Source: Paraspadella gotoi (taxonomy: Eukaryota; Animalia; Chaetognatha). Taken from it: a stretch of 64,000 nt of DNA. The notes beneath the pieces were generated by a model. That model worked only from the letters and a program-made list of their open reading frames with translations, was not told the origin of the DNA and made no database searches. Made by a program: the position numbers and the translations under genes. The stretch is from assembly GCA_051294375.1 (NCBI GenBank), contig JBJCIZ010000028.1, positions 1,901,053-1,965,052 of the forward strand. Reading direction: 5' to 3'. This document shows positions 1 to 12,217 of the stretch, piece after piece (position 1 is the stretch's first letter; the number at the start of each line of letters is the position of its first letter).

Positions 1-555
1 CTACTAGGGTGGAGTGATAAAAAGATTGAGTAATTGAACATTATTTTTTTGCTGCTTATGGACATGTAATTAATGAATTTTAAAATCCTTTTAAAAATCT
101 TTTTTAGTATAGAAATTCAATTATTTATGTAGTGATATCCTTATAAAATCATTAAATTTCAAAATTATTTCTTTTATTTTTAAGAACAGATTTGGATTCG
201 CCGAAAAAAAACTAAGAAACTTTTATAAAATATGTTTTATGATATTTTAATGAAATTGGTACAACCAATATAAAAATTATCCATCATTTAATAATAAGCT
301 ATCTTGCCCCTGACTTTGAACAGGCTTGGTGGTTTGAATCACAAAAAATGTTTTAATGTTTGGATCACAAAAAATGTTTTAAATGCCGAAGATGATAAAT
401 TTTGATAACATGTTTATATCTTTGATTCCCGAGAAAATATGATCAAAATTAACTTTTTTTGTACTAGGTTAATTACATACAATATCCTTGTTTCGATCAT
501 TCAAATAAATTTTTTGTTCTTGAGTGCTCCACTCTAATGCCTTCTTCCTTCGTTG

Positions 556-607
556 TGGTGGCAGTGGTAGGAATGGAACCCACACCTCCAGAGAGTAAAA
601 CCATGCC
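556..607 (-). pseudogene. tRNA-Leu-derived 3' fragment ending in CCA
   Basis: Minus strand reads GGCATGGTTTTA-CTCTCTGGAGGTGTGGGTTCCATTCCTACCACTGCCA-CCA, which resembles the variable arm, T-arm and acceptor 3' strand of eukaryotic tRNA-Leu plus CCA. The D-arm is absent and the anticodon arm is deleted. Confidence 0.55.
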
Positions 608-867
608 TACTTCCTTCGTGCTATTTACGAATTGATTTTTAATTTCATTTCTGCGATAAGTGGTACCTAAATGCGGCTAAAGATTACATCCATATCTTAC
701 GTTTCTCTCTTCCGCAGCAACGAAGAAGTCCTCAGTTTGAACTTAATATTTCCAATAGAATCGGCAGTTCTCCTCAATGCCAGCTTGTTTTCAAGACAGC
801 ACCGCTAGCATATGCCTTAGGATTTAAACCAACTATGGTTGAACCAAAAAAATCCACCAACCGTCAT

Positions 868-1058
868 CAGCGGCCATTTTGGTGCCGGAGGCAAGCATTC
901 GCCTCCCAACCCAAAGGTCCAGGGGTTCTAGCCCGGGGTCGGCGCAGCAGTTATAGAGGGACGGGCGCTTAACCCGCCTGTAACACGGTGTTACAGCCTG
1001 ATCCGAAGGTCAGGGATTGCTTGTATAGAATGGTTCTGTCACTTACACATAACAATAA
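868..1058 (+). mobile_element. tRNA-derived SINE-like element
   Basis: GC-rich island with A-box-like TGGTGCCGGAGG and B-box-like GGTTCTAGCCC about 45 nt apart, followed by an unrelated body and a short AT-rich tail. Confidence 0.5.
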
Positions 1059-1381
1059 TTACTGTCTCTTTACCAAGTTAGAAATGGGGGCGAGCTACTG
1101 TTTTCTCTCTCTTTTATTTAAATACATACTCTCCACTTAGACGGTGCCCCGTTTCTTGTGATAGTGATAGTAATTGATAAACATATCTCTGATTACTAGC
1201 AAGCACTGCCAATGAAATAGCTTATTCTATATCATCCATAATTTTACATTATTCATTGCTAACTAAACTTTTTTGGAACAAAAAAATACACCAAATTAAT
1301 AATATTGAGTTATTGAAATTATATTTATTATTATCCATTCAAGATAGGTTTTAACGCATCAATATGAATATAATAATCCTT

Positions 1382-1667
1382 TTTTGGCGCTATTTTTCGA
1401 CAGCGCCCAATTTCAGTTTCTAATCCCTGAATTGGATTTTAACCAAAATATTTAACTCTATCTTCTTATTAAATACTTAACCCAATCTCTAAACCTTTAA
1501 CCAAATTCCTTAATCTTTATCCTTAAATCTTATTCCTTAGCTTAATCCCAAACCAAATACATAAACTAACCCTACCTCTTTTTCTTCTCCAACCCTTAAC
1601 CTAAAAAATGACTTCAGCTCCGAATTTAAACTGATACAAGATGTTTTTTTGAAAAAAAATATGGCCA
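1382..1667. mobile_element. MITE-like element with degenerate telomere-like (TAACCC) interior
   Basis: End motif TGGCGCTATTTTTCGACAGCGCCCAATTTC. Related ends and interiors occur at ~4297-4540, 6320-6490, 13640-13670, 54453-54660, 55700-55915, 60450-60480 and 62795-63070. Confidence 0.45.
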
Positions 1668-1699
1668 GTTTTTTTTTGTTTTTTGTTTTGAAATTCCAA

Positions 1700-2509
1700 T
1701 CAGATATTATCTTTATCCCGGTAAATCGCCATCATGATCTCTGAAACGTGGAATTTCTGAATAGGGAGAGTGCATTTGTCATTTCAATTCCGCCTTCAAC
1801 GATGATCCCGTTGAAGACATTTGTTCCATAGCAATCATTGTACCACCAGCCCATCATATCCTTGGCGCAATTTTTATCCTTGTTTTTATCGTAATCCTGT
1901 CGGCGGTAGTGAAGCGCATGTCATTTTCAAATCCTAAAATGTTGCAAGGTTGGTCAGAGTGGAAATTGTGGTGTGGCCGGGCTTTGTGGAACGACCATTG
2001 GTATTTGTTGGCTGGTTGAAGACCTGGAGAAAGGGAGAAAGATGGGGATGGAGAGAGGGAGAGATATAAATACTGATTGTTGAAAGAGAGAGAGAAAGAG
2101 AGAGAGAGTGTGATAGAAATCTGATGTTAGAAAGAGAGATAGAACGAGAGAGAAAGAGAGAGAGAGAGTGATAGAAATACTGATTGTTAGAAAGAGAGAG
2201 AAAGAGAGAGAGAGTGTGATAGAAATCTAATTGTTAGAAGAGAGAAATAGAGAGAGAAGAGATAGATAGAATACTGATTGTTAGAAGAGAGAGAGAAAGA
2301 GAGAGAGAGTGTGATAGAAATTCTGATTGTTAGAAAAAGAGATAGAAAGTGAGAGAGAAAGAGAGAGAGAGAGTGTGATAGAAATTCTGATTGTTAGAAA
2401 GAGAGAGAGAAAGAGAGAGAGAGTGTGATAGAAATACTAATTGTTAGAAAGAGAGAAATAGAGAGAGAAAAGAGATAGAGATTGATAGAAATACTGATTG
2501 TTAGAAAGA

Positions 2510-2544
<35 letters not shown>

Positions 2545-5434
2545 TGTGATAGAAATACTGATTTTAGAGATTTAGAAAGAAAAAAGAGACAGAGACAGGA
2601 ACATTGAGACAAAGAGGGAACCTCACCTGAAATAAGTAAAAACGGCTACACCCCACTCTCCCTTCTTTGGGTCGTCTAAGCCGGTTAATGCATTTTTCCA
2701 CCATTCATCTTCATCACCATGTACCACTTTCCCTTGCTGGTCAACTTGTATAGTTTCTCTAATCCCATCCAATAATTATTTGCTGTGAAGAAAAAAAAAT
2801 GTAGAGTTCATTTGAATTGATATGATATGAAATTGGTACAACCAATAAAAAAACTATAGATTCATTTCATAACTTTGGACAGGATTTGGTGGTTTAAGGC
2901 CTTCATCACGCTGCATGCTTTCAATCAAGACACTCTCGCAGTTTCGTTTTAGATTTAAATTTTAGATGTAAATTTAGATAGTTGGTAAATTTAAATAACT
3001 GATGAAAATGGCATAAAGATGTTCTTTTTTAAGTTTTATACTTTAAATTGTAATTACTGAAAATTTATTGCACTTAGTGATTTAGTTCTTTCTACAAAAT
3101 ACATAAAATAATTGATAAATAAAATTGTTTCATAAAATGGTCATTGTTATTTTTTTTAGTTATTCCGACTCTATCATTCACTTTGTCGGTCCGTCGGTTC
3201 ACCCCCCCCCAATCTTGTCGTGCTTTCAATTATATATATACCATATTATGCCAGTTGACCAAATAATGCAAGTTGATTAAATTATGTAAGATGATCAAAT
3301 TATGCAAAATTACCAAATTATGCAAGTTGACCAAATTATGCAAGTTGACCAAATTATTCCTGTTGACCAAATTATGCGCATCTACTGGTAATAATTGATA
3401 GATCATTTGATTTATAGATTTTTTCAGAGATTTATTAATTAGTCTGTTATGATTTATTATGTTTTGTTATGATCTGTTAAGAAATTGAAAGTCTGACAAA
3501 ATTACCGTGATTTATCATCGGATTAGTTTATTATCGCCTAATTATCGTAGGCAGATCTGACATTGTTAATTTCTGACTAAATTCTCATTAACACTCTATG
3601 TCATATAAACAAGTTTGAGCAAACAATGTAGGATCCTCCCACGATCATTAGCGGTTATTAATTAATTAATTAATTAATTTGATCCGATATGTTTGCTATA
3701 TCTTTTCGGCATAAACCACAACAAAAGCAATGACGACGGACGGCGACAGATAGATAAACAGACAAACAGACAGACGGACAGACTTTTTTGCATAATTTAT
3801 CATAATTCGATGTTCTCACATGATATAAGTGAATGCCCGACAAGATTAATGGGGCGGACCGACGGACCGAAAAAGTAGATTATAGAGTCGAGATCTGCTG
3901 ACTAAAAAAAATCGTCCAAGCATACGGTATATTGTTTTAAAAAACCATCTAAACTAATTCTTAAATTTTATTTAGTTTTTTAAAAAATATAATGAAGAGA
4001 GAGACATTTATATTTCAAAAATTTTTAAAAAACTTACCATCAGCAAATCCTGTCTTGTATTCTTCCCATGTATTTTTATCTTTCCAAATATTATACAAAC
4101 TATTCATTCTTCGCCAAAAGAAAGGAAAGAATGTGTGATTTATCGCGGCACCTAGATTTAAAGTCTTTGTTATGATTATGATTTAATTACTTTTCTTTAC
4201 TTTATAAACCATGGCAAGGAAAATAAAAAAAACTAGTAAAATTGTTTGTAAATGTATAATTCTTATGCTGTTGTGGTTTCATTTGATAAAATTTAAGGGC
4301 CAGACTTTTCAAAGCTTAGTTACAATTATGTTTTTAACTTTGTGGTTAAGGATAATCGTTGCATTTTCTATATGGGTGTGTTAAATTGTGTGGTTAAATT
4401 AAATATGTGGGGTTAAATTGCTTATGTATTATGATTAATAATTAGGATTTAAACTTAAGGTTTGGGAATAGTTTATGGTTAGAAAAAAAGTTCATAGATA
4501 AAGAACAGAAATTGGCCAGCTTTGAAAAATAGTGCCAAATTTTTTTCCATACTAAAAGTTTTTAGAATTTCCTTTCAAATATTTTTTCTCGACTCTTCGT
4601 CAGTCATGGCAAAATAATGAATAAAATTTAATTTAGTAACTTAATTACCATAAAAGCTTTCGATATTCGGTACGCGGTATCCGAGTGATGGGATTTTCAC
4701 TTCCCTCTCATTTTTTTTGTCAATTTCTTTTTCCTTTACAAGAAAGAGAGACAGAATTAGTTCGAACAACGATTTTTATTATTATTAACAATGGACATGT
4801 TTGGACTTTTGATGCAAGTCTTCGTCAGCACTTGTGAATTGACAATACTATCTAGGAAAAAAGTATATGAGATTTTTAATAAACGATATCTACTTGAAAA
4901 CTTACTTAATTTTAAAAAAAATTAAAATGTTTTAGAATCTATATTGAATTTCCTTTTAGTAGCTTCCTTCTATTTTTTTGTAGTTCAAATTGTTTAGAAG
5001 TTACAGGCAAAAAATTATTGTTACTTCAAATAAAAACTGGCAAAAAAAAAACATTTAATTTTCCACCATTTTTGGTATTTAATTATTTGTTTTTATTTTA
5101 AATAGAATTAGTTATTTTTTAAATATTTTTTAATTTGGCTATGCTAAAGGCCTTGCCGCTCTTTCTGGTTCAAAAAAGTGTTGTTATAGTTTTCAGAAAA
5201 GAGGGAAAGATGCGCATTGCGCAACATCAACATCGGGCTGAGAAGAATTGTGTTAAAGATGTCAAAAAACATTTTAATGTCATACCTCAATTTGCTGTAT
5301 AAAAGCATACCCAGACAAATGCAGGCAGTAGCCGATGCCGAAAAATAGTATACCAAATATTGAGAATGTTTTACCCATGTTTTATATACATATACTTTTT
5401 TCTTAGATAGTATTTGTCCCATTATAAGAAATGT

Positions 5435-5505
<71 letters not shown>

Positions 5506-5805
5506 GAGAGAGAGAAGAAAACAGTGAAATTGCTAAGGAAAAGCTACATTTAGGCAATGTACAACAAAGAAAACATAAAAAAATATAAATGATAAAAAAA
5601 GTTTTTCTCTTATCAGTTCACACTTGTCATCATATTCATTTTTATAAAAATCAAACCAACGTTATCATGTGATTCAAAGTTTGAACCTCACCTCACCTTT
5701 TCGAGCTCCTACCTCACCTTCAGTTCACCATAAACTCATGAACTCACCCTTTCGTCTTTTACCTCTGAAAAAAAATATGGTGATGAAATTATAATAGATA
5801 TTTCT

Positions 5806-5846
<41 letters not shown>

Positions 5847-5915
5847 CTCTCTCTCACCTTCAAAATCTCCCCTGGCGACGGCGACCAACATCAACAACAA
5901 CAAGATTTTCGCCAT
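1700..5915 (-). CDS. Secreted fibrinogen-related domain (FReD) protein, 6 exons (5858-5915, 5748-5764, 4649-4733, 4038-4151, 2627-2782, 1700-2023), with frameshifts in the last two exons
   Basis: Signal peptide MAKILLLLMLVAVARG. FReD motifs WRRMN...TWEEYKTGFAD, NYWMGLEKLYKLT, MRFTTADR-DYDK...NCAK..GWWYNDC, and EIMMAI. GT-AG borders are phase-compatible for exons 1-5. Confidence 0.85.
2050..2575. repeat. ~40-bp GA-rich minisatellite
   Basis: Repeated unit GTGTGATAGAAATACTGATTGTTAGAAAG(AG)n in the last FReD intron. Confidence 0.85.
3151..3910. mobile_element. Non-autonomous MITE/HINE-like element with inverted ends and internal 18-bp tandem repeat
   Basis: Left end TTTTTAGT..CGACTCTAT...TTTGTCGGTCCGTCGGT and its reverse complement at 3857-3910. 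CCAAATTATGCAAGTTGA repeats at 3241-3378. The same end family occurs at ~41660-41703, 54040-54105, 58158-58235 and 62320-62400. Confidence 0.6.
4790..4832 (-). ncRNA. Degenerate minimal type I hammerhead ribozyme-like motif
   Basis: Minus strand GTG-CTGACGA-A-GACTT-GCATCAA-AAGTC-CAAAC-AT-GTC-CAT. Stem II (GACTT/AAGTC) and a short stem I are present, but the core GAAA reads CAAA. Confidence 0.45.
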
Positions 5916-7912
5916 CTTGGAGAAAATGTTCGAATTTCTGAGAAATGATTCTGATTCGCTGCAAAATTGTATTAAAATTTAGAATTGGTTGAAATTAAAC
6001 GAGCCATCTTTTTCCGTTATGGTTACTATTTTTATAATAAAATGAGTTATTTTCATTAATAACTTGAGAAAGAATCATCGTAGGCTTATGAGAGTGGTTT
6101 CGAAATAAAGGCTCTTTCAGTAGATAATGATTGTTATAAAGAAAGTTAAATTCGACAAAGAACGACAAAGTCGTTGATTAATTTCTCCTTATTTTGTATA
6201 AAAAATTATAACAAAACTTTAAAATTTCATACGATTGTAGTAAAAACATTATATTTTTTATTATTTTGTGTTTCAAAAATGGGTTGTTTCTATTTTCTTT
6301 TACCGGGTGTCTTGGGAAGTGTGGAAAGCTAAGGTTAACGGTTTATGGTTAAGTACTTGGGTTAAGGTTAAAGATTAGGGCTTAAGATTAGGGAATAGGC
6401 TTAGGATTAGGTTAGGATTAAAAATTATGGTTCATTAAGTTTAGGAATAGATTAGGATTAAATATTAGAGGTAATATCTAGTTCAACCATGAGTTAAAAA
6501 AAAAAACGAATCGCCAATAAATGAGTTCATTAACAAACTTTATTTTTTAATATTTGTTTGTTTTGCATAATTGAAAATTATGTCTATAAAATAAGTCTTG
6601 AAAGCCATCTTTTTATTTTTAGTGATGTAATGTTTAAATTTTCGTGATAAAAGTTGTACTTCTCTTACATCGTCACAATTCTTCTCCTTCTCTCTATTAT
6701 TACTATTTTCGTCTTCTACAATGTTCGTATTAATATATTTTTACTTTATTTTGAAGATAATTATATCATTAGACTTTAGTTTTGTTTAGATAATTGCGTT
6801 GCGTGTAATACAAAAATAAGGTTTGATATATAAGACATAGTGAAATATTTTAACAAAACTCCGATAAAGTATAAATTTTGTACAAATCTTTCCCCCTTTT
6901 AAAACGAAAAACGAAAACATAAAAGTTTTTATGTTTATTTATTTTAATGACTTACATTTTATAGTAATATTTTTATAGTTCAATAGATAAAAAGTCTGTT
7001 TCGACTACGAGTTTTACTGCGAGCATAAAGTATCAGGGTTCCACAAATTATTTTGACATATTCATTTCAATTTCTATATCTTTCTTTATTTTATTTTCAC
7101 TATTTCTTATTTTCATTATTTCTTAAAGTTAGGAACCATAAATATGATAAATATGATAAATATGATAATATTTACTCGTGATTTTTATTGGTATACTTAA
7201 TACTTTTCCAATTTGCAGTGTCCGCGATTGATCCTTAATTGTTGAATTTTATGAACTTATCTTTTTATTTTTAGTGCTGCTATTAGTGCAATTAGTCTTG
7301 CTCAATGCTCATTTATCGTTTGAATGTCAAATTGTTTCTCTTATTGTTTTATCGTTTAATGTTTTTATCGTCTCAACTGTCAAATTGTTTCTTTTATTTC
7401 AGAAAAAACAAATTTCTTAAATTGAGCGATTCCTCACAAATCTTTTTGACTCTCTCCCTACTTTCTTAATCCATTTTTGTTGGTAATTTATTTCCCTTAT
7501 TTTGTTTTAAAACATTGTCTTAGTTGTACATTACACAAATGTATTATATATCTCTCTCTCTCTATCTCTCTCTCTCTCCCTCCCTGACGATTTTCACTTC
7601 TTTTCAAAACTTACTCTATCTGTACTTTAACTGACCCTGTCCTTTTTCTCGATTGTTTGTTGGAAACTCTGACCTTTCTCTCTCTGTCTCTCTCCCACTC
7701 ATAATTATATCTTATTATATTTTTAACCTTTTGAAAAAATAAAAGAGAAATTTAACATTTTTATCGTCGTAATTTTTTGATCACTGTTCAAAGAATTTAA
7801 CATTAGCTCTAAAAATTAAGATTCAACCATTTAAATTAAATTCAAATAGTAAAATTATGACGTCGATAAAAAAATATCATTTTTAAATGATATTTAAAAA
7901 AGGCGGAGAAAT

Positions 7913-7948
<36 letters not shown>

Positions 7949-8574
7949 AAAAATGAAAAGTGGAAAAGAATACAATTGAGACTTACGTCCGGTCTCTCTC
8001 TCTCTCTCTCTCTCAACCCGGTCAGTCCCCACGGTCACTTTGCCCTAACTTTGGCAATTACTTGAGATTGACCGGACAAAGCAATAGGACCAAAGAGACC
8101 GTAAGGTCAAGTTGTTCCGGGCATTGATTAAAGTTGATAAGGAAAGAGATCGTCTCAGTTCTTTTCTAATTTTCTTACTTCCTCACCATTCTTCACCTTT
8201 TTCCTACTTTTACTCTTACTATTTTCGTCTTCTACACAATCAGCACTAGTTCGCTTGAATACGAACGTTAAAAACATTTAAAAAATGTTTAAAAACGCAA
8301 AGCAATAGAAGGCATTTCGCCACCTGGTTTTTTTTTTTTAATCAATCGGATGGATTTCTGGGCAAGAAGGACAAGGAGGACAAGAAGGAGCGGAAGAGTC
8401 TAGTCCTTTTTGTCGATCATGTGATCGAGTTTCTTCTATCCCCATTCATTGACGAGTTATTGTGATTTGGTTGTTTCGTCTAAAAATGAACATCTGGCAT
8501 TTTTGAGGACAGTTAACGTCCGGTTCGTATCTCTCTCACACACACACAAACACAAACACTTGATTCGACAATAT

Positions 8575-8975
8575 ATGGCTTCAGGGTCTAAAATATAAAC
8601 TGATAAACCTCAAGTTACCCTTAGGCATGCTAAAAAAAATTTGCTCCTTTCTGTCAAGCCAAAAATTTTGTGTAATTATCAAGAGAAGAAAGTTCCGAAC
8701 TCATTGACATTCTGTGTGGCTCCCCTCAGGGGGCTGTACTGAGTCCTGCCATCTTTGCATTCTATATTGAAGATCTCCCACTGACAAACGAATATCCACT
8801 ATCAACTTAAAACAATAAGTCTTAGAAAGCTCTTCTCAACACGCTGATGACTTTTCCGCTCCCAAAACTTGAACGCGGCTTCCAGACGCCTTCGAGAAAC
8901 TCTTCGCCATCTGGAAAAATTGAGCAATACGTGGTTCTTGGGTTTATGTCCAGCCTAAACTCAATGCCATTTCTA
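8575..8975 (+). mobile_element. Decayed non-LTR retrotransposon reverse-transcriptase fragment
   Basis: Broken frames give KICSFLSSQKFCV, CGSPQGAVLSPAIFAFYIEDLP and a later ADD, matching the LINE RT motifs GxPQGSxLSP and YADD. Confidence 0.75.
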
Positions 8976-10999
8976 ATCACTAGACTTTATTCTTAGAAAA
9001 TGTCAAAATTTAAAATGTTTTTTTCCTATTTCATTAAATAAAAATCAGAATCCCTAAAAAAACTTAAAATTAAATTTTAGTATAAAGATATAGTTTTTTA
9101 AATTTATAAATATAATAATCATATACTAATATTTCCCCAATAGAACTTTCGTTGGGCTGGGATCGGGTTTCTTACAAAAACAGTTGTTTCCACTGGGTTT
9201 TAAGAGGAGTCCATACAATACACACTTAGTACAATTAACTGTTTATAAAAATAATCTCGATTAAGTAGCTAGAAGTACAATTGAGGTACAAAGTAATAAA
9301 GTAGTTTGAAGTACAATTATCTGTTTAAAGTAATACGACTGTGTTGATAAATCTAATCTCGATAAAGTAGCTTTTTAAGTAGTTTAAATAACTGGCCTTT
9401 ACAAGTGGCCTGCAGAAATACAGCGACTCTAAGTTCTAACTATGATAGTTGCATAAGTTTATACAAATATTACCTGTAATACGAACCGTATATGTCCTAA
9501 TCTGTCTGTTTCAAATAAAAAAATTCAAAATGTATGGAATGATAGGTTTAGCTTCAAGAGCCATCAAGCGAGTGCCCAAAGAAATCGCGCGGCAATATTA
9601 TATTTCTATTCGCGACTAAACCTAAAAAACTTCATTCAAGACGCGTTTAAAGTCACTTTAAAAAGCGAATTTTAATATTCTGTTTATAATAGACATCACT
9701 ACCTCAGTGTAATTACTAGTACCTAAAACCTAGTCATTCTTATGATGTAGAGTGTGGTCAAATTTTAAGGATGAAATATAAACGTTTAGTATAGAGAGAG
9801 GCAAAATACATGATTTATATGATGTCCCTTAATGACCATTTTTTTACGTAAAAAGAGTAATACCAAAAATTGTACAAGTTTTTATAAAGTCAAAGACCAA
9901 TCGTCCATTGCGTATCTGCTAAGTCGGATCCTCTGAGATAGTAAACACTCTATTGGTCTGGCCATATATGGTTCACTGATTTCCTACTCGTATGGACCAA
10001 TCGTTTTATGCTCTCCTCTTGCCAATTAGTTTCTGCTTCCCCACATTCATAAACTGGTCTTTAAACTGAACCGTTATGCCACAGACGAAAATAATTAAAC
10101 CCTAGTGCCAGCACCTCCTTGTTCACCCGTCCGTCGTTTTTGTTGTCACAGCCATTTTTTTTAAATTTTAAAAAAAATTAAAAAATTGGTATAAACTTAG
10201 AGAACGGTAAAGCCATCATTTAAACTAGAATGAAAATTAGTATTTTACAAAAGCATGTCGATTTTAGGGAGTTCCTCTGCTCGACTTTCAGTTCTTAAAA
10301 ATCTACAGAAATAAAAAATAAAAGAATAAAAAGAATAAAGTAAACAATAAAGAGTTGGGAGCGAAAACTGTTTTGAAAAAAAAAATGTGGAACTAAAATT
10401 ATTTTTCGTGTTAGTATGGATATGGTATCTGGGATATGAAATTTATGGAGTTTGTGTTGCATTAGTTTCAGTATTTAGATGTGTTAACGCAAAATGGTTC
10501 ATATTTTTTTTTTCACTATGAATGAAATAGCTGATATTGTGAAAATCCTCTCAGTAGACATTGTGACCTTCACCTCAAGTTATATAAATTATGTTAAATT
10601 CATCAATCCGCTTCGCCGTTTGGACTTGCGTAATCTCTGTCCGACTAGGTTCTTCTTTAGTTTTATATAGTAATATAAAACTTCGAAAAAACACCACGCG
10701 TCTTTGAAGAAATAGTAATGAATACATTTTCGGAATCGGACTGGACCTCTACTCTTTCAAAATCAAGCTTTTGTTTTACCCTATTTATAACTTTTTTGGT
10801 GAGTTGATTCCCAGCGCCTTAAGCTCCTCTCAATTCAATAATATCTCTCTCTCTTCTTTCTATCTCTAACACACACATTTCCATTGTTCCTCCATCAAAT
10901 GTTTTTCTTCATGTTTTTCCCTTTCAAGAACCCTTGCCTCCCCTCTCTCTCTCTCTCTTCCTTTTGTCTCTTCTCTCTCTTTCTTCTAATGGGATCAAA

Positions 11000-11090
11000 C
11001 CTGACCAATGAACCAGTGACCATTGAAGCCCCTTTCACGATCTCTGCTTCCTCTTCCCCTTCCATATTCACCGCTCTCCTATAAAAACCG
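11000..11090 (+). promoter_or_regulatory. Candidate Pol II promoter (CCAAT box and TATA box)
   Basis: GACCAATGA at ~11002 and CTATAAAA at ~11080, upstream of a GC-rich coding-like segment starting AAAAAAATGG at 11309. Confidence 0.4.
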
Positions 11091-11308
11091 ATGGCTCGCC
11101 ATCAAGATTTCACTCAAAGTTCGCAAAATTTCTCTGCCTCTCCCAACTTATGCCAAAATTTATTTTGGGTCTTTTTCCGACGTGCAAACTTTTTGACAAA
11201 AATACTCTGCCTTCTCCCGCCGCTTCGCGTTAACTAACTTTCTCCTTCTCCAAATTCCAAAATCAAATTCACCCGAATAAAAACCCCAATTCGCTCGAAA
11301 TTAAAAAA

Positions 11309-11855
11309 ATGGCTTTCGTTTTCTCCGTTCACACGAAGCCCCGGCCAAGTTCACTCCATGCACGGAGGAACTGCCACGTCCCCTGCGTCCCTCTCCACAA
11401 GAACAAAAATTCAATCATCCCCTTCGAATACGACGCCGACGGCATCCCTCAATGCGCTCGAGCCTTCCCGCTGCCGACGCGCACCGCCGGGCCACGAAAA
11501 CGAGGAAGCCGTGGACGAAGAAAGTCTTCGGGCGTGTGGATGTCGGACGAGAGCGAAGTGGACGAAAAGATCATGCGCTAATCGACCCGCGCTGAAGGAT
11601 TTGCGGAATAAGTCCGGGTTTTATATCAAAAGAAGGATGATCGGCGACATTCGATTGTTTCCTGCTGCAGGCGAAGATTAATATCTCCGATTTTTCGTCT
11701 CCCAAGGTTACGGCGTCGTTTCGGAGTGAAACGAATCAAACTCGACGAATACTTACGAAGGGATCGTCAAGTATCGTCACGAAAGTTTTCGTCTCTGGGC
11801 GCATTTACGAAAAACGCGGCGCGATGGTGTTTCAACAAGTACGCCCTTGATTTAA
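11309..11855 (+). CDS. Putative intronless small-protein gene of unknown function, frameshifted
   Basis: GC-rich island with overlapping ORFs 11309-11581 and 11358-11681 (CHVPCVPLHKNKNSIIPFEYDADG..., ALKDLRNKSGFYIK...), followed by an AT-rich 3' region with AATAAA at ~11868. No family recognised. Confidence 0.4.
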
Positions 11856-12173
11856 CGATTAATAATTAATAAAACGGTTTTTTTTATTTCTGGTATCGTA
11901 TTCATTTTAATTGTATAATATATAACTATAAATTGCGTAATTATATTTTTCCAACGATTTATTTTAATATTAATCATTTATTCTATTATTTTTTTAAATT
12001 ATTTTTTCTACTATTTGATTAATTTTTGACCCGTAAATTCTGTACTAATTGTTAAAATATCGAAATCTTATTCTATATGTACTAATTGAGTTTCATTTTG
12101 CTTCGTTGCGTTTTGAAATTAGACGAAAAGTAAAGTAAATAATGGTTTATTAACAATTACGAAAATATTGGTC

Positions 12174-12217
12174 TCGGACACGTTTCGCCTTTTTGTTCAC
12201 AAGCCTTCATCAGCGAT
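12174..12217 (-). ncRNA. Minimal type I hammerhead ribozyme-like motif (Penelope-element type)
   Basis: Minus strand TCG-CTGATGA-AGGCTT-GTGAACAAA-AAGGC-GAAAC-GT-GTC-CGA. The CUGAUGA, GAAA and GUC core is intact, with a 3-bp stem I and an imperfect stem II. Confidence 0.55.
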
